Shown piece by piece: positions 9,456-19,342 of a DNA stretch of 64,000 bases. Numbering within the stretch: the first letter of the stretch is position 1; every line of letters starts with the position of its first letter. This stretch comes from Dehalococcoidia bacterium (GTDB taxonomy: Bacteria > Chloroflexota > Dehalococcoidia > UBA2979). The DNA is taken from contig CAXXDN010000001.1 in NCBI GenBank assembly GCA_963667465.2, forward strand, positions 320,001-384,000. Reading direction: 5' to 3'. Made by a program: the position numbers and the translations under genes. The notes under the pieces were generated by a model. That model was not told the origin of the DNA, ran no database searches, and worked only from the letters and a program-made list of their open reading frames with translations.

Positions 9456-10487
9456 ATGCGCTATCGCACGATCGCGGGTACGGACATCTCCGTCTCGGAG
9501 CTCGGCTTCGGCGTCTGGACGGTCGCCGCCGGGTGGTGGGGCGACTACAGCGACGACGAGGCCGTGACGCTGCTGCGGCAGGGCCATGAGCGCGGCATCA
9601 ACTTCTTCGACACCGCCGATACCTACGGCAACGGGCGCGGCGAGACGATCCTGCAGCAGGCCTTCCCCGGCGCCGATCGAGACAAGATCGTGATCGCCAC
9701 CAAGTTTGGCTACGACTGGGAATCGCAGATCGGCAAGCGCCGCGAGGGCCACCAGGAGGCTCCGCACTGCTTCGAGCCGGACTTCCTGCAGCGCGCCCTC
9801 GACGGCTCGCTGCGCCGCCTCGGCACGGACCGCATCGACCTCTGGCAGCTGCACAACGTGCGCATGGAGCACCTGGAGCGCGACGACGTCTGGAGCTTCC
9901 TCGACCGCGTGCGGCGCGAGGGCAAGGTGCGCAGCGTCGGGGCCGCCCTCGGTCCGGCGATCGGCTGGCGCGAAGAGGGACTGTACGCCCTCGCCGAGCG
10001 GCAGGTCGAGGTCGTGCACATGATCTACAACGCGCTTGAGCTGGACCCCGGCCGAGAGCTGATCGCGGCGGCGCGCGCGGCCGGACGCTCGCTGATGGTG
10101 CGGGTGCCGCATTCCTCGGGGATGCTCGAGGGCAAGTACACGGTGGACACCGTCTTCGACGAGAACGACCACCGCCGCCACCGTCCCCGCGCCTGGCTGA
10201 TCAACGGCCTCAAGAAGATTGAGCAGCTCGATTTCCTGACCGAGACGACGGGCGGCATGCTCGGACAGGCGGCGCTGCGCTACATCCTCAAGGATCCGGA
10301 GATCGTCTGCACGCTGCCCAACATCTACGGCCTCGAGCAGATCGAGGAGTTCGCGGGGGCCGCAGACTGCGGCGACGTGACTCCCGAGGCCGCCGCACGC
10401 GTCGAGGCGCTGTACGAGTCCAACTACGGCCTGCCGCTCGAGCAGGAGGCCGCCGTCACGGCGGCGGCGGGACGGGGGTCGCGATGA
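9456..10487 (+). CDS. Aldo/keto reductase
   Basis: MRYR.I.GTD..VSELGFG, GINFFDTADTYG.G.GE, IATKFGY, SLRRLGTDRIDL.QLH. Confidence 0.93.
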   Translation: MRYRTIAGTDISVSELGFGVWTVAAGWWGDYSDDEAVTLLRQGHERGINFFDTADTYGNGRGETILQQAFPGADRDKIVIATKFGYDWESQIGKRREGHQEAPHCFEPDFLQRALDGSLRRLGTDRIDLWQLHNVRMEHLERDDVWSFLDRVRREGKVRSVGAALGPAIGWREEGLYALAERQVEVVHMIYNALELDPGRELIAAARAAGRSLMVRVPHSSGMLEGKYTVDTVFDENDHRRHRPRAWLINGLKKIEQLDFLTETTGGMLGQAALRYILKDPEIVCTLPNIYGLEQIEEFAGAADCGDVTPEAAARVEALYESNYGLPLEQEAAVTAAAGRGSR

Positions 10488-11287
10488 CGACGACCGAGGC
10501 ACACAGCGGCTCGCACCCGGCGTCCGGCTACCACTCGCGGCCGGAGGCGGCGGAGGGCGGCGCACCGCGCAGCCCGCGCGGGGTGCAGTCCGTCAAGTTC
10601 AGCTTCTATCGCGTGCGCGACGAGGTGCGCGCGCTGCCGGCGGCCGAGCGCGAGGCGATCGCGGAGGGGCTCGAGGCGCTGCTGGAGCGCTCGGCGAGAT
10701 CGCTGCTGACGCGGCTCTACTCGACGGTGGGAACGCGCGCGGACACGGATTTCCTGGTCTGGCAGGTCCACGACGACCTCGCGCCGATCCAGGACTGGCA
10801 CGCGCTGCTGCTCGGCTCCGCGGCGGGCGCGGCGCTGGAGCGCCCGCACTCCCTTCTCTCGATGACGATGCGCTCGATCTACACCAACCCCCTGCACGAG
10901 GGCACGGGCTCGCGCGACCGGCTGCGCGAAGATGGCGGCGTGAAGGGCTATCTCTTCGTCTACCCGATGGTGAAGACGCGCGCCTGGTACAAGCTGCCTC
11001 GCGACGAGCGGCAGCGGATCATGAACGAGCACATCGCGATCGGCCACCGCTACCACGACATCCAGATCAACACCACCTACTCCTACGGCCTCGACGACCA
11101 GGAGTTCGTCGTGGCCTTCGAGGGCGACGACCCCGGCGAGTTCCTGGCGCTGGTGCGCGAGCTGCGCGACTCCGAGTCGTCCTCCTACACGGAGCGCGAC
11201 ACGCCGATGTTCACCTGCCGCCGCATCGACACGCCTCGCGAGCTGACGGCGCACGTCGGCCTGCGCACTTCCGGGGGCGCCTCGTGA
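10484..11287 (+). CDS. Chlorite dismutase-family heme protein, most likely coproheme decarboxylase (ChdC/HemQ)-like
   Basis: YSTVGTRADTDF, YPMVK..AWY.LP..ERQRIM.EH (catalytic Tyr/Lys and proximal His), YSYGLDDQEFVVAFE; no distal Arg. Confidence 0.85.
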   Translation: MTTTEAHSGSHPASGYHSRPEAAEGGAPRSPRGVQSVKFSFYRVRDEVRALPAAEREAIAEGLEALLERSARSLLTRLYSTVGTRADTDFLVWQVHDDLAPIQDWHALLLGSAAGAALERPHSLLSMTMRSIYTNPLHEGTGSRDRLREDGGVKGYLFVYPMVKTRAWYKLPRDERQRIMNEHIAIGHRYHDIQINTTYSYGLDDQEFVVAFEGDDPGEFLALVRELRDSESSSYTERDTPMFTCRRIDTPRELTAHVGLRTSGGAS

Positions 11288-11586
11288 GCGTGCGGCTCGC
11301 GGCGCTGTTCACCGCCACGCCGGGCGGCGAGCAGCGGCTGCGCGAGGTGCTGCAGTCCGACGCGCGCTCGACGCAGAGCGACGACGGCGCGGAGCGCTTC
11401 GAGCTGTTCGTCAGCGCCGAGAACGAGCGCCGCCTGGTGCTGATCGAGCAGTGGCGCACGCAGGACGATCTGGACGCGCACAAGACGCACGAGCACCGCA
11501 ACGAGACCCACGCCGCGCTGCACGGCGAGGACATCCTCGAGGACCTCGAAATCTGGATCTGCGAACCGAGGGATGGCCCCGCATGA
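11284..11586 (+). CDS. ABM (antibiotic biosynthesis monooxygenase)/putative quinol monooxygenase, copy 1
   Basis: RLVLIEQW.TQDDLDAH..HEH motif; GTGA overlap with upstream stop. Confidence 0.85.
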   Translation: MSVRLAALFTATPGGEQRLREVLQSDARSTQSDDGAERFELFVSAENERRLVLIEQWRTQDDLDAHKTHEHRNETHAALHGEDILEDLEIWICEPRDGPA

Positions 11587-11879
11587 CGATCAAGCTGACC
11601 GTGTCGATCACCGCCAACCCGGACGGCCGCGATCAGCTGCTGGAGATCCTGCGCGGGGACGTCACCGGCAGCCGCGAGGAGCCGGGCAACACCCGCTTCG
11701 ACCTCTACGTGCAGGACGACGACCCCAACCGCTTCGTGCTGATCGAGGAGTGGCCCAACCAGGAGGCGTTCAACCACCACATCCAGCAGGACTACCTCCA
11801 GCGCCTGCGCGAGGCCTTCGAGGACCCCTCGCTCTGCGCTGGCCGCGATGTCTGGCGCCTGGTCGAGGACGACGAGTGA
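11583..11879 (+). CDS. ABM/putative quinol monooxygenase, copy 2
   Basis: MTIKLTV.., SREEPGN..FDLY..DDDPNRFVLIEEW..QEAFNHH; ATGA overlap. Confidence 0.88.
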   Translation: MTIKLTVSITANPDGRDQLLEILRGDVTGSREEPGNTRFDLYVQDDDPNRFVLIEEWPNQEAFNHHIQQDYLQRLREAFEDPSLCAGRDVWRLVEDDE

Positions 11880-12187
11880 GCCAGCGCGCGACGGTCTTCC
11901 TGAGCGCAAACCCCGACGGCCTCGAGGAGGTCCTGGGTCTGCTCCGCGCCTACGCCGAGGCGGGGCCGGGGGAGCCGGGCAACCTGCGCCTGCGGGTGAG
12001 CCGGGACATCCTCGACCCCTCGCAGTTCGTGATGTGCGAGGAGTGGGAGACGCAGGAGGCGCTCGACGCGCACATGACGCACGACCACACGCAGGCGCTG
12101 CTCGCCGCATTCGGCAACTCCGGCCTGATCACGGGAACCGAGATCTGGCAGTCGTTCGAGCTGCAGCCATCGGGAGGAGCGGCATGA
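11876..12187 (+). CDS. ABM/putative quinol monooxygenase, copy 3
   Basis: GTG start (VSQRATVFLSANPDG), EPGN...RVSRDILDP..FVMCEEW..QEALDAH; GTGA overlap. Confidence 0.85.
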   Translation: MSQRATVFLSANPDGLEEVLGLLRAYAEAGPGEPGNLRLRVSRDILDPSQFVMCEEWETQEALDAHMTHDHTQALLAAFGNSGLITGTEIWQSFELQPSGGAA

Positions 12188-12480
12188 CCAGCCGCCTCAC
12201 CATCTTCATCTCCGCGAACCCGCAGGGGCGTGAGCACTTGCTGGAACTGCTGCGCGCGGACGCCGAGGCGACCCCGCGGGAGCCGGGCAACGCCGGCTTC
12301 CGGGTGAGCCAGGACATCCTCGACCCCGATCGCCTCGTGCTCTGCGAGGCGTGGGAGAGCCGCGAGGCGCTCGAGGCGCACTTCGCACACGAGCACTACA
12401 AGGCCGTGAAGGCCGCGTTCGCTGACCCACAACTGATCGTCGCGTCCGAGGTCTGGGCCGCGCCGGGGGAGGACGCATGA
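12184..12480 (+). CDS. ABM/putative quinol monooxygenase, copy 4
   Basis: MTSRLTIFISANPQG, EPGN.GFRVSQDILDP..LVLCEAW.SREALEAH..HEHY; ATGA overlap and GGAGGAG RBS. Confidence 0.87.
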   Translation: MTSRLTIFISANPQGREHLLELLRADAEATPREPGNAGFRVSQDILDPDRLVLCEAWESREALEAHFAHEHYKAVKAAFADPQLIVASEVWAAPGEDA

Positions 12481-13613
12481 CAACCGGGGCGGCCATCCCG
12501 GCCGGCGTCGACGACCCGACCAACGCCGCCATCCTCGCGGTTTCCGAGGATCGCGTGGCCGGCTTCCAGCGCGACCCGCTGGGGCGCATCGCCGAGCGCT
12601 CCGGCGTGGCCCTGCCGGTCGTCGTCGAGCGGATTCGCGTGATGCTCGAGGCGGGGACGATCCGGCGGGTGCGCCAGACGCTGCTCGCGAACAAGCTGGC
12701 GCCGGGCGCGCTCGTCGCCTGGCGGCTGCCCGAGGAGCGCCTGCACGAGGGCTTCGACTACCTCTTCGAGCAAGACCCGTTCTCCGGCCACGTCGTGATC
12801 CGTAGCGCCGACCCGGCCACGCCGGGCGCGAGCTACCGCCTCTGGACCACGCTCAAGACGCCCGTCGGCTTCTCGCTGGAGCGGCACTGCGAATTGCTGG
12901 CTGGGCGCATCGGCGCGGAGGCGTTCCGGCTGATGCCGGCGAAGCGGCTCTTCACCCTCGGCGTCGGCCACGTGCGGCGGCGCGGGCTGGAGCCGGGCGC
13001 GCGCAGCGACGAGCCCGCGCGGGTGATCGACACGGAGATCGTGGACCTCGACGAGCAAGACTGGCGCGTGCTGCTGGCGCTCAAGCGCGAGTTCGCGCCG
13101 GAGGAGATCGGCCCCGACCTCTGGGCAGGTCGCGCCGCCGAGGCGGGCCGCTCCCTCGAGGCGTTCTTCGAGGCCGCCGAAGAGCTCGACCGGCGCGGTG
13201 TCGTCGGGCGCTTCTCGACCTTCCTCGAGCACGTCAAGCGGGTCGCGGGGGCGGCGCCGGTGACGCGCTACAACGCGCTGTTCCACTGGGCCGTGCCGCA
13301 GGGGCGCGAGCTCGACGCCGGGCGCGAAGTCGGCCGCCATCACGTGATGACGCACGCCTACTGGCGCGAGGGCGGCCCGGAGTTCCGCAACGTCAACGTG
13401 ATGGGCGTGGCCCACGGCACGGACAAGGACCTGCTGCTGGCCCACAAGGCGGCGATCGACGAGCACCTCGCCGAGGCCGGCATCACCGTGGGCTACACCA
13501 ATGTCTTCTGGGGCGGTCGCAGCGAGATCAAGCCCTCGGAGATCGCACCCGACGCGTACGTCGCGTGGGTGCGCGAGCAGAGCGTGGACCCGGACGAACT
13601 GCGCGAAGCGTAG
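12477..13613 (+). CDS. Lrp/AsnC-fold protein, likely fused siroheme decarboxylase (AhbA/AhbB, NirDL/GH-like)
   Basis: Two HTH+ligand-domain repeats (GTIRRV..GALVAW..GHVVIR; GVVGRF..NALFHW..THAYWR) typical of Ahb/Nir decarboxylases; located in an operon with a ChdC-like gene. Confidence 0.72.
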   Translation: MTTGAAIPAGVDDPTNAAILAVSEDRVAGFQRDPLGRIAERSGVALPVVVERIRVMLEAGTIRRVRQTLLANKLAPGALVAWRLPEERLHEGFDYLFEQDPFSGHVVIRSADPATPGASYRLWTTLKTPVGFSLERHCELLAGRIGAEAFRLMPAKRLFTLGVGHVRRRGLEPGARSDEPARVIDTEIVDLDEQDWRVLLALKREFAPEEIGPDLWAGRAAEAGRSLEAFFEAAEELDRRGVVGRFSTFLEHVKRVAGAAPVTRYNALFHWAVPQGRELDAGREVGRHHVMTHAYWREGGPEFRNVNVMGVAHGTDKDLLLAHKAAIDEHLAEAGITVGYTNVFWGGRSEIKPSEIAPDAYVAWVREQSVDPDELREA

Positions 13614-13663
13614 CCCGGCGCCCCCGGACCCACCTTCCGGGCCCTCCGGACCTCCTCGGAACC

Positions 13664-13682
13664 CTTAATCGAGGGTTAACCG
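13664..13682 (+). promoter_or_regulatory. Putative Pho-box-like tandem (CTTAATCG-agg-GTTAACCG) upstream of pstS
   Basis: Two TTAAY cores with 11-bp period in a very GC-rich background, about 110 bp upstream of pstS. Confidence 0.5.
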
Positions 13683-13789
13683 CGCCCGCTCAGCATCGCG
13701 ATCGGTGACGGAGATCGGCCCGCCCGGGGTTGTACTGCGCGCCGGAAACAGAGCCGTCCGTACAGGACATGCCGAGGAGGTAACAGCGA

Positions 13790-14800
13790 GTGTTCGCATT
13801 CCGATGGGGGAGACTGCTCCCACTGGTCATGCTCGCCGTCGCGGCGACGATGCTGATCGTGGCGTGCGGCGACGATGACAGCGAAGACCCCGCAACCGGC
13901 AGCGAGACGCCTGCCACGACGACGAGTGACAGCGAGGAGCTCTCCGGCAGCGTGGCGATCGACGGCTCCAGCACCGTCTTCCCGGTGACCGAGGCGGTCG
14001 CCGAGGAGTTCCGCTCCGTCGCGCCCGACGTGCGCGTCACCGTCGGCGTCTCCGGCACCGGCGGCGGCTTCGAGAAGTTCTGCAACAGCGAGACCGACAT
14101 CTCCGACGCCTCCCGCCCGATCAAGCAGAGCGAGATCGACAACTGCGCCGCGAACGGCATCGAGTACCTGCCGCTGCGCGTCGGCCTCGACGGCCTCGCC
14201 GTCGTCGCCCACCCGGACGCCAGCTTCCTCGAGTGCATCACGATGGAGGAGCTGGCGATCCTCTGGGGTCCAGGCTCCGAGGGCAGCATCAATAGCTGGA
14301 ACCAGGTGCGTACCGGCTGGCCTGACGACGAGATCAAGCTCTTCGGTCCTGACACCGACTCGGGCACCTTCGACTTCTTCACCGAGGAAGTGAACGGCGA
14401 GGGCGGCGCCTCGCGCGCCGACTACACCAACTCCACCGACGACAACGTGCTGGTCACCGGCATCTCCGGCTCGACCGGGGGCTCCGGCTACTTCGGCTAC
14501 GCCTACTACGCCGAGAACCGGGAGCGCCTGCGCGTGGTCGCCGTCGACGGCGGCGAGGGCTGCATCATCCCCTCCGACGCGACGGTCTCGGACGGCTCCT
14601 ACCCGCTGGCGCGACCGCTCTACATCTACGTCTCGCTGGCGTCGCTGGCGGAGCAGCCACAGGTCCGCGAGTTCGTCCGCTACTTCCTGAGCGACGCCGC
14701 GATTGCGCTCGTGCCCGAGGTGGGGTACACCGCAATTGCTGCCGACGAGCTCGCCGAATCCCGCGCCAACCTCGAGGCCGCCATCGCCGGTGGCGGCTAG
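13790..14800 (+). CDS. pstS: Phosphate ABC transporter substrate-binding lipoprotein
   Basis: Lipobox LIVAC; IDGSSTVFP, SGTGGGF.KFC, DASR.IK, DSGTFDFF, YPLARPLYIY. Confidence 0.95.
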   Translation: MFAFRWGRLLPLVMLAVAATMLIVACGDDDSEDPATGSETPATTTSDSEELSGSVAIDGSSTVFPVTEAVAEEFRSVAPDVRVTVGVSGTGGGFEKFCNSETDISDASRPIKQSEIDNCAANGIEYLPLRVGLDGLAVVAHPDASFLECITMEELAILWGPGSEGSINSWNQVRTGWPDDEIKLFGPDTDSGTFDFFTEEVNGEGGASRADYTNSTDDNVLVTGISGSTGGSGYFGYAYYAENRERLRVVAVDGGEGCIIPSDATVSDGSYPLARPLYIYVSLASLAEQPQVREFVRYFLSDAAIALVPEVGYTAIAADELAESRANLEAAIAGGG

Positions 14801-14833
14801 CGAGCGAGGAGAGAGCACAGGGGTGAGCAGCTG

Positions 14834-15766
14834 ATGGCTGCCGAAGCAGCAGCAGGGCCGGCGGCGCAATTCCAGCGCCGCCGCAGCCGCGAGTTGGTCG
14901 AGCGCGCGATCGGCTACGCGCTGTTCCTCTGCGCGGCGATCACGGTGCTCACCACGGTGGGCATCGTGCTCATCCTCGTCGTCGAGGGCTTGCAGTTCTT
15001 CCGCGACGTCTCGCCCTGGGAGTTCTTCACCGGCACGAAGTGGACGCCACTCTACACGAACCAGTCGTTCGGCGTGCTGCCGCTGATCGGCGGCACGCTG
15101 CTGGTGGCGGTGGGGGCGGCGCTGATCTCCGTGCCGGTCGGGAGCGCGAGCGCGATCTACCTCTCCGAGTTCGCGAGTCCCGGCACGCGCGCCGTGCTGA
15201 AGCCGATCCTCGAAATCCTCGCGGGCGTCCCCACGGTGGTCTACGGCTACTTCGCCCTCACCGCGGTGACGCCGCTGCTCCGCGCCACGCTCTTCCCGGA
15301 GACGGAGATCTTCAACGGGCTCTCGGCGATGGTCGTGGTCGGGATCATGACCATCCCGATGGTCTCCTCGCTCTCCGACGACGCCCTGCACGCCGTCCCG
15401 GCCGACCTGCGCGAGGCCGCCTACGGCGTGGGCGCCACGAAGTTCGAGGTGGTCACGCGCGTCGTCTACCCGGCGGCGCTGAGCGGGATCATCGCCTCCT
15501 ACATCCTCGCCGCCTCGCGGGCGATCGGGGAGACGATGGCGGTGACGATCGCGGCGGGCGCGTCGCCGAACCTGACGGCGAACCCGCTGGAGTCGATCCA
15601 GACGATGACCGCCTACATCGTGCAGGTCTCGCTCGGTGATACGCCGCACGGGACGATCGAGTTCCGCACCATCTTCGTCGTCGCGCTGACACTGTTCGTC
15701 ATGACGCTCGTCATGAACATCATCGCCGCGCGGGTCACTGCCCGCTTCCGGGAGGTCTACGACTGA
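14834..15766 (+). CDS. pstC: Phosphate ABC transporter permease
   Basis: [46 protein letters not shown]. Confidence 0.95.
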   Translation: MAAEAAAGPAAQFQRRRSRELVERAIGYALFLCAAITVLTTVGIVLILVVEGLQFFRDVSPWEFFTGTKWTPLYTNQSFGVLPLIGGTLLVAVGAALISVPVGSASAIYLSEFASPGTRAVLKPILEILAGVPTVVYGYFALTAVTPLLRATLFPETEIFNGLSAMVVVGIMTIPMVSSLSDDALHAVPADLREAAYGVGATKFEVVTRVVYPAALSGIIASYILAASRAIGETMAVTIAAGASPNLTANPLESIQTMTAYIVQVSLGDTPHGTIEFRTIFVVALTLFVMTLVMNIIAARVTARFREVYD

Positions 15767-16695
15767 TGGCCGCCACGGACATGCAGGGCGCGCACGACCA
15801 GGGCCTGTACCTCCCGAGGCTGTCCTTCCGCAACAAGAAGGGCGCGGCATTCTTCGCGGTCTGCCTCGCCGGCACCCTCGTTGGAGTCGTCTTCCTTGTC
15901 TTCCTGCTGGTCGACGTCTGGCGGGACGGCGCCGGCTTCCTGCGCTGGGAATTCATCCAGAACTTCCCGTCGCGCTTCCCGGAGCGCGCCGGCTTCCAGT
16001 CCGCGCTGTGGGGCAGCCTCTGGCTGATCGCCACGACCGCGCTGCTCGCCTTCCCGATCGGCGTGGGGGCGGCAATCTACCTCGAGGAGTACGCGCCGCG
16101 CGGCTTCGTCACCAGGGCGATCCAGACCAACATCTCGAACCTCGCCGGAGTGCCCTCGATCGTCTTCGGCATCCTCGGCCTGCAGCTGTTCGTGCGCGGC
16201 ACGGTCGGCATCGGTCCGAGCATCGGGGGCGGCTTCGGGCGCTCGCTCATCGCCGGCGGCGCGACGATGGCGCTGCTGATCCTGCCGATCGTGATCGTCG
16301 CTGCGCAGGAGTCGATCCGCGCGGTGCCGCCCTCGCTGCGCGAGGCCTCGTACGGGGTCGGCGCGACACGCTGGCAGACGGTCTGGCACCACGTGCTGCC
16401 GCAGGCGTTCCCGGGCATCATGACGGGCACGATCCTGGCGCTGTCGCGGGCGATCGGTGAGACGGCGCCGCTGATCATGATCGGCGCGCTGACCTTCGTG
16501 GCCTTCCGGCCGGAGAGTCTGCTGGATCCGTTCACGGTGATGCCGATCCAGATCTACAACTGGGTGGCGCGGCCGCAGCCGGAGTTCCAGGATCTCGCGG
16601 CCACGGGCATCATCGTGCTGCTGGTGATGCTACTCTCGATGAACGCGATAGCCGTGCTGCTGCGGCAGTGGACCGGACGGCGCTACGGACGCTAG
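15766..16695 (+). CDS. pstA: Phosphate ABC transporter permease
   Basis: [46 protein letters not shown]. Confidence 0.95.
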   Translation: MAATDMQGAHDQGLYLPRLSFRNKKGAAFFAVCLAGTLVGVVFLVFLLVDVWRDGAGFLRWEFIQNFPSRFPERAGFQSALWGSLWLIATTALLAFPIGVGAAIYLEEYAPRGFVTRAIQTNISNLAGVPSIVFGILGLQLFVRGTVGIGPSIGGGFGRSLIAGGATMALLILPIVIVAAQESIRAVPPSLREASYGVGATRWQTVWHHVLPQAFPGIMTGTILALSRAIGETAPLIMIGALTFVAFRPESLLDPFTVMPIQIYNWVARPQPEFQDLAATGIIVLLVMLLSMNAIAVLLRQWTGRRYGR

Positions 16696-16752
16696 AACGC
16701 AGGCGTACGCTGGCCCCGCTCGCGGGGTCCGGCGGGAGCGAGGAGCCAGCGG

Positions 16753-17634
16753 ATGGTCGGCAACGTGACCGACGAAGCAGAACGTACGGTGGCCGTGGCG
16801 GCGGCCCGCACCGGCAACGTGAGCGTGCAGGCCGGCGTGCGCGCCAAGGAGCCCCTCCCCGCCACCGAGACCAGCATCGCCGTAGAGATTCGCAACATCA
16901 GCCTCTGGTACGGCCAGAAGCAGGCGGTCGGCGGCGTCTCGCTCGACGTTCCTCGCAACCGCGTCACGGCGCTGATCGGGCCCTCCGGCTGCGGCAAGAG
17001 CACGCTGCTGCGCTGCATCAACCGCATGAACGACCTGATCGACGGCGTTACCATCGAGGGCGAGGTCGTCATCGACGGGGCGAACATCTACGCCCCACAC
17101 ACGGAGCCGGCCCAGGTGCGCCGCCACGTCGGCATGGTCTTCCAGAAGCCCAACCCGTTCCCCAAGTCGATCTACGACAACGTCGCCTTCGGGGCGAAGA
17201 TCAACGGCTACACCGGCAACATGGACGACCTCGTTGAAGAGTCGCTGACCAAGGCGGCGCTCTGGGACGAGGTTAAGGGCGACCTCAAGAAGTCCGGACT
17301 GGCGCTCTCCGGCGGACAGCAGCAGCGGCTCTGCATCGCCCGCGCGATCGCGGTGAACCCGGAGATCGTGCTGATGGACGAGCCCTGTTCCGCCCTCGAC
17401 CCGATCGCAACGCAGCGGATCGAGGACCTGATGCTCGAGCTGGCGAACGACTACACAATCGTGGTAGTCACGCATAACATGCAGCAGGCGGCGCGCGTTT
17501 CGCACAAGACGGCGTTCATGCTCGCCGAGGATGACCTCGTTGGACGGCTGGTCGAGTTCTCCGACACCGACGAGATCTTCCTCAACCCGCAGGACAGCCG
17601 CACAGAGGAATACATCACCGGCCGCTTCGGCTAG
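16753..17634 (+). CDS. pstB: Phosphate ABC transporter ATP-binding protein
   Basis: [50 protein letters not shown]. Confidence 0.97.
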   Translation: MVGNVTDEAERTVAVAAARTGNVSVQAGVRAKEPLPATETSIAVEIRNISLWYGQKQAVGGVSLDVPRNRVTALIGPSGCGKSTLLRCINRMNDLIDGVTIEGEVVIDGANIYAPHTEPAQVRRHVGMVFQKPNPFPKSIYDNVAFGAKINGYTGNMDDLVEESLTKAALWDEVKGDLKKSGLALSGGQQQRLCIARAIAVNPEIVLMDEPCSALDPIATQRIEDLMLELANDYTIVVVTHNMQQAARVSHKTAFMLAEDDLVGRLVEFSDTDEIFLNPQDSRTEEYITGRFG

Positions 17635-17746
17635 TCCCCGACGCAGCCCCACGCGGGCGCCCGCGAGTCGCGTTGGCGGCGGCACGCAGCAGCGGCGACC
17701 CTGTCGGCAGAAGGACTGCCACCGCCGGATCGGAGCACCATCGGAC

Positions 17747-18412
17747 ATGCCGCGCGAGCAGTTCCAGGCCGACCTCGACCAGCTCCAGGACGGCCTGCTC
17801 GAGATGGGCGCGATGGTCGATCGCCAGATCGAGCGCTGCATCGTGGCGCTCGTCGAGCGCGACGTCGCACTCGCGGACGCCGTGATCCGCGACGACGCCG
17901 AGGTCAACCGCAAGCGCTTCGACCTCGACAACCAGGTCCTGCACCTGCTCGCTCAGCAAGGGCCGATGGCGCGCGACCTGCGCGTCGTGATCTCGGTGCT
18001 CTCGATGGTTGTCGACCTCGAGCGGATGGGGGACCACGCCAAGGGCATCGGCTCGATCGTGCAGATGATGTCGGACCAGCCGCTGGTCAAGCCGCTCGTC
18101 GACATCCCCGAGATGGCGACACGTGCGCGCTCGATGCTCAACAACGCCCTCGACGCCTTCGTCACCGGCGACATCGAGGCCGCCTACCGGGTCGGGCAGG
18201 CGGACGACGGGGTCGACGAGCTGCAGGACCGCGTCTACCAGGATCTGGTCGCGATCATGATCAACGACCCCACGACGGTGGAGCCGTGCACGCACCTGCT
18301 CTGGGTGGCGCACAACCTCGAGCGGATCGCGGACCGCACCACGAACATCGCTGAGCGCGTCGTCTTCGCGGAGACGGGCGAGATCGTCGAGATGGACCTC
18401 TCGACCTACTAG
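17747..18412 (+). CDS. phoU: Phosphate signaling/uptake regulator
   Basis: QGPMARDLR, DLERMGDHA..I, DD.VD, LERIADR.TNIAE.V. Confidence 0.95.
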   Translation: MPREQFQADLDQLQDGLLEMGAMVDRQIERCIVALVERDVALADAVIRDDAEVNRKRFDLDNQVLHLLAQQGPMARDLRVVISVLSMVVDLERMGDHAKGIGSIVQMMSDQPLVKPLVDIPEMATRARSMLNNALDAFVTGDIEAAYRVGQADDGVDELQDRVYQDLVAIMINDPTTVEPCTHLLWVAHNLERIADRTTNIAERVVFAETGEIVEMDLSTY

Positions 18413-19119
18413 CCCTCGCGCTGGCCAGCGTCCTCGGAGCCCGGCGGGCTCGCCGCCCGCACGAGCTGATAGAGCAGCGCGCCGAGGATGGCGCCGGCGA
18501 TCGGCCCAACCCAGTAGACCCAGTGGTCCGTCCACGTCCCGGAGAGCAGCGCGGGGCCGAACGAGCGCGCGGGGTTCATCGAGGCGCCCGCGATTGGTCC
18601 GGAGAACGTGGCGGCGAGGCCGACGTAGCCGCCGATGGCGATCGCGGCAGTGCCGCGCACGGCACGCGCGTCGGTGGCGACGGCCATGATCACGAACATC
18701 AGGAAGGTGGTGATCACCACCTCGAGGCCGAGCGCCTGGGCGGCGGTGTCTCCCGGTACGGTGCTGCCGAGGCCGGCGACACGCCCGAACAGCCAGCGCA
18801 GCACCAGTCCGGCCGCGGCCGCTCCGGCCAGCTGCGCGCCGAGGTAGGGCAGCACGTGCGCGCGGGGGAAGCGCCCGGCGACGGCGAAGGCGATGGTCAC
18901 CGCCGGGTTGATGTGCGCGCCGGAAATGTGCCCGGTCGCGAAGACCGCGGCCATCACCGCCAGCCCGAAACTGAGACCGATTCCGAGCGACCCGACCCCG
19001 CCTCCCGAGACGGCGTCGATGACGATCGCGCCGGGGCCGGCGAAGACGAGCAGGAACGTGCCGAGCGATTCAGCCGCGTACGCCCGCCCGTGATCGAACT
19101 TCGGGAGCCAGTCGCGCAT
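18409..19119 (-). CDS. MIP-family channel (aquaporin/aquaglyceroporin, NIP-like)
   Basis: AESLGTF, SGAHINPAVT and GASMNPARSFGP motifs; ATG 19119 with TACCCT -10 element 6 nt upstream. Confidence 0.93.
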   Translation of the reverse strand: MRDWLPKFDHGRAYAAESLGTFLLVFAGPGAIVIDAVSGGGVGSLGIGLSFGLAVMAAVFATGHISGAHINPAVTIAFAVAGRFPRAHVLPYLGAQLAGAAAAGLVLRWLFGRVAGLGSTVPGDTAAQALGLEVVITTFLMFVIMAVATDARAVRGTAAIAIGGYVGLAATFSGPIAGASMNPARSFGPALLSGTWTDHWVYWVGPIAGAILGALLYQLVRAASPPGSEDAGQREG

Positions 19120-19180
19120 CGCCGGAGGGTAGCGCGAGGCGGTTACGCCGTCGTTAATCTGGCCCTCGGCCAGCCGCCCG

Positions 19181-19207
19181 GCGCCGCCTGCCGGGCAGGG
19201 GTTGCGC
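19181..19207 (+). repeat. Direct repeat copy 1, GCGCCGCCTGCCGGGCAGGGGTTGCGC
   Basis: 26/27 identical to 19951-19977. Confidence 0.85.
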
Positions 19208-19342
19208 CAGCGCACGCCTGGCGAGGGCACCACTACCTGCTGCTCGCATCGCGCCAGCCCACTACCCAACCAACCTCCGTTCGCGGCGATGTACCATGAG
19301 TGCATCCGCTCGCTCGCCGTTGGCGAGCCGGGAAGGTAACGG

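Noticed and set aside
10484-11287. True chlorite dismutase
   Set aside because: Lacks the distal catalytic Arg and carries the YPMxK coproheme decarboxylase motif.
12477-13613. Ordinary Lrp/AsnC transcription regulator
   Set aside because: More than twice the usual length, with two HxxxR-containing repeats and a heme-operon context, which fits Ahb/Nir decarboxylases better.
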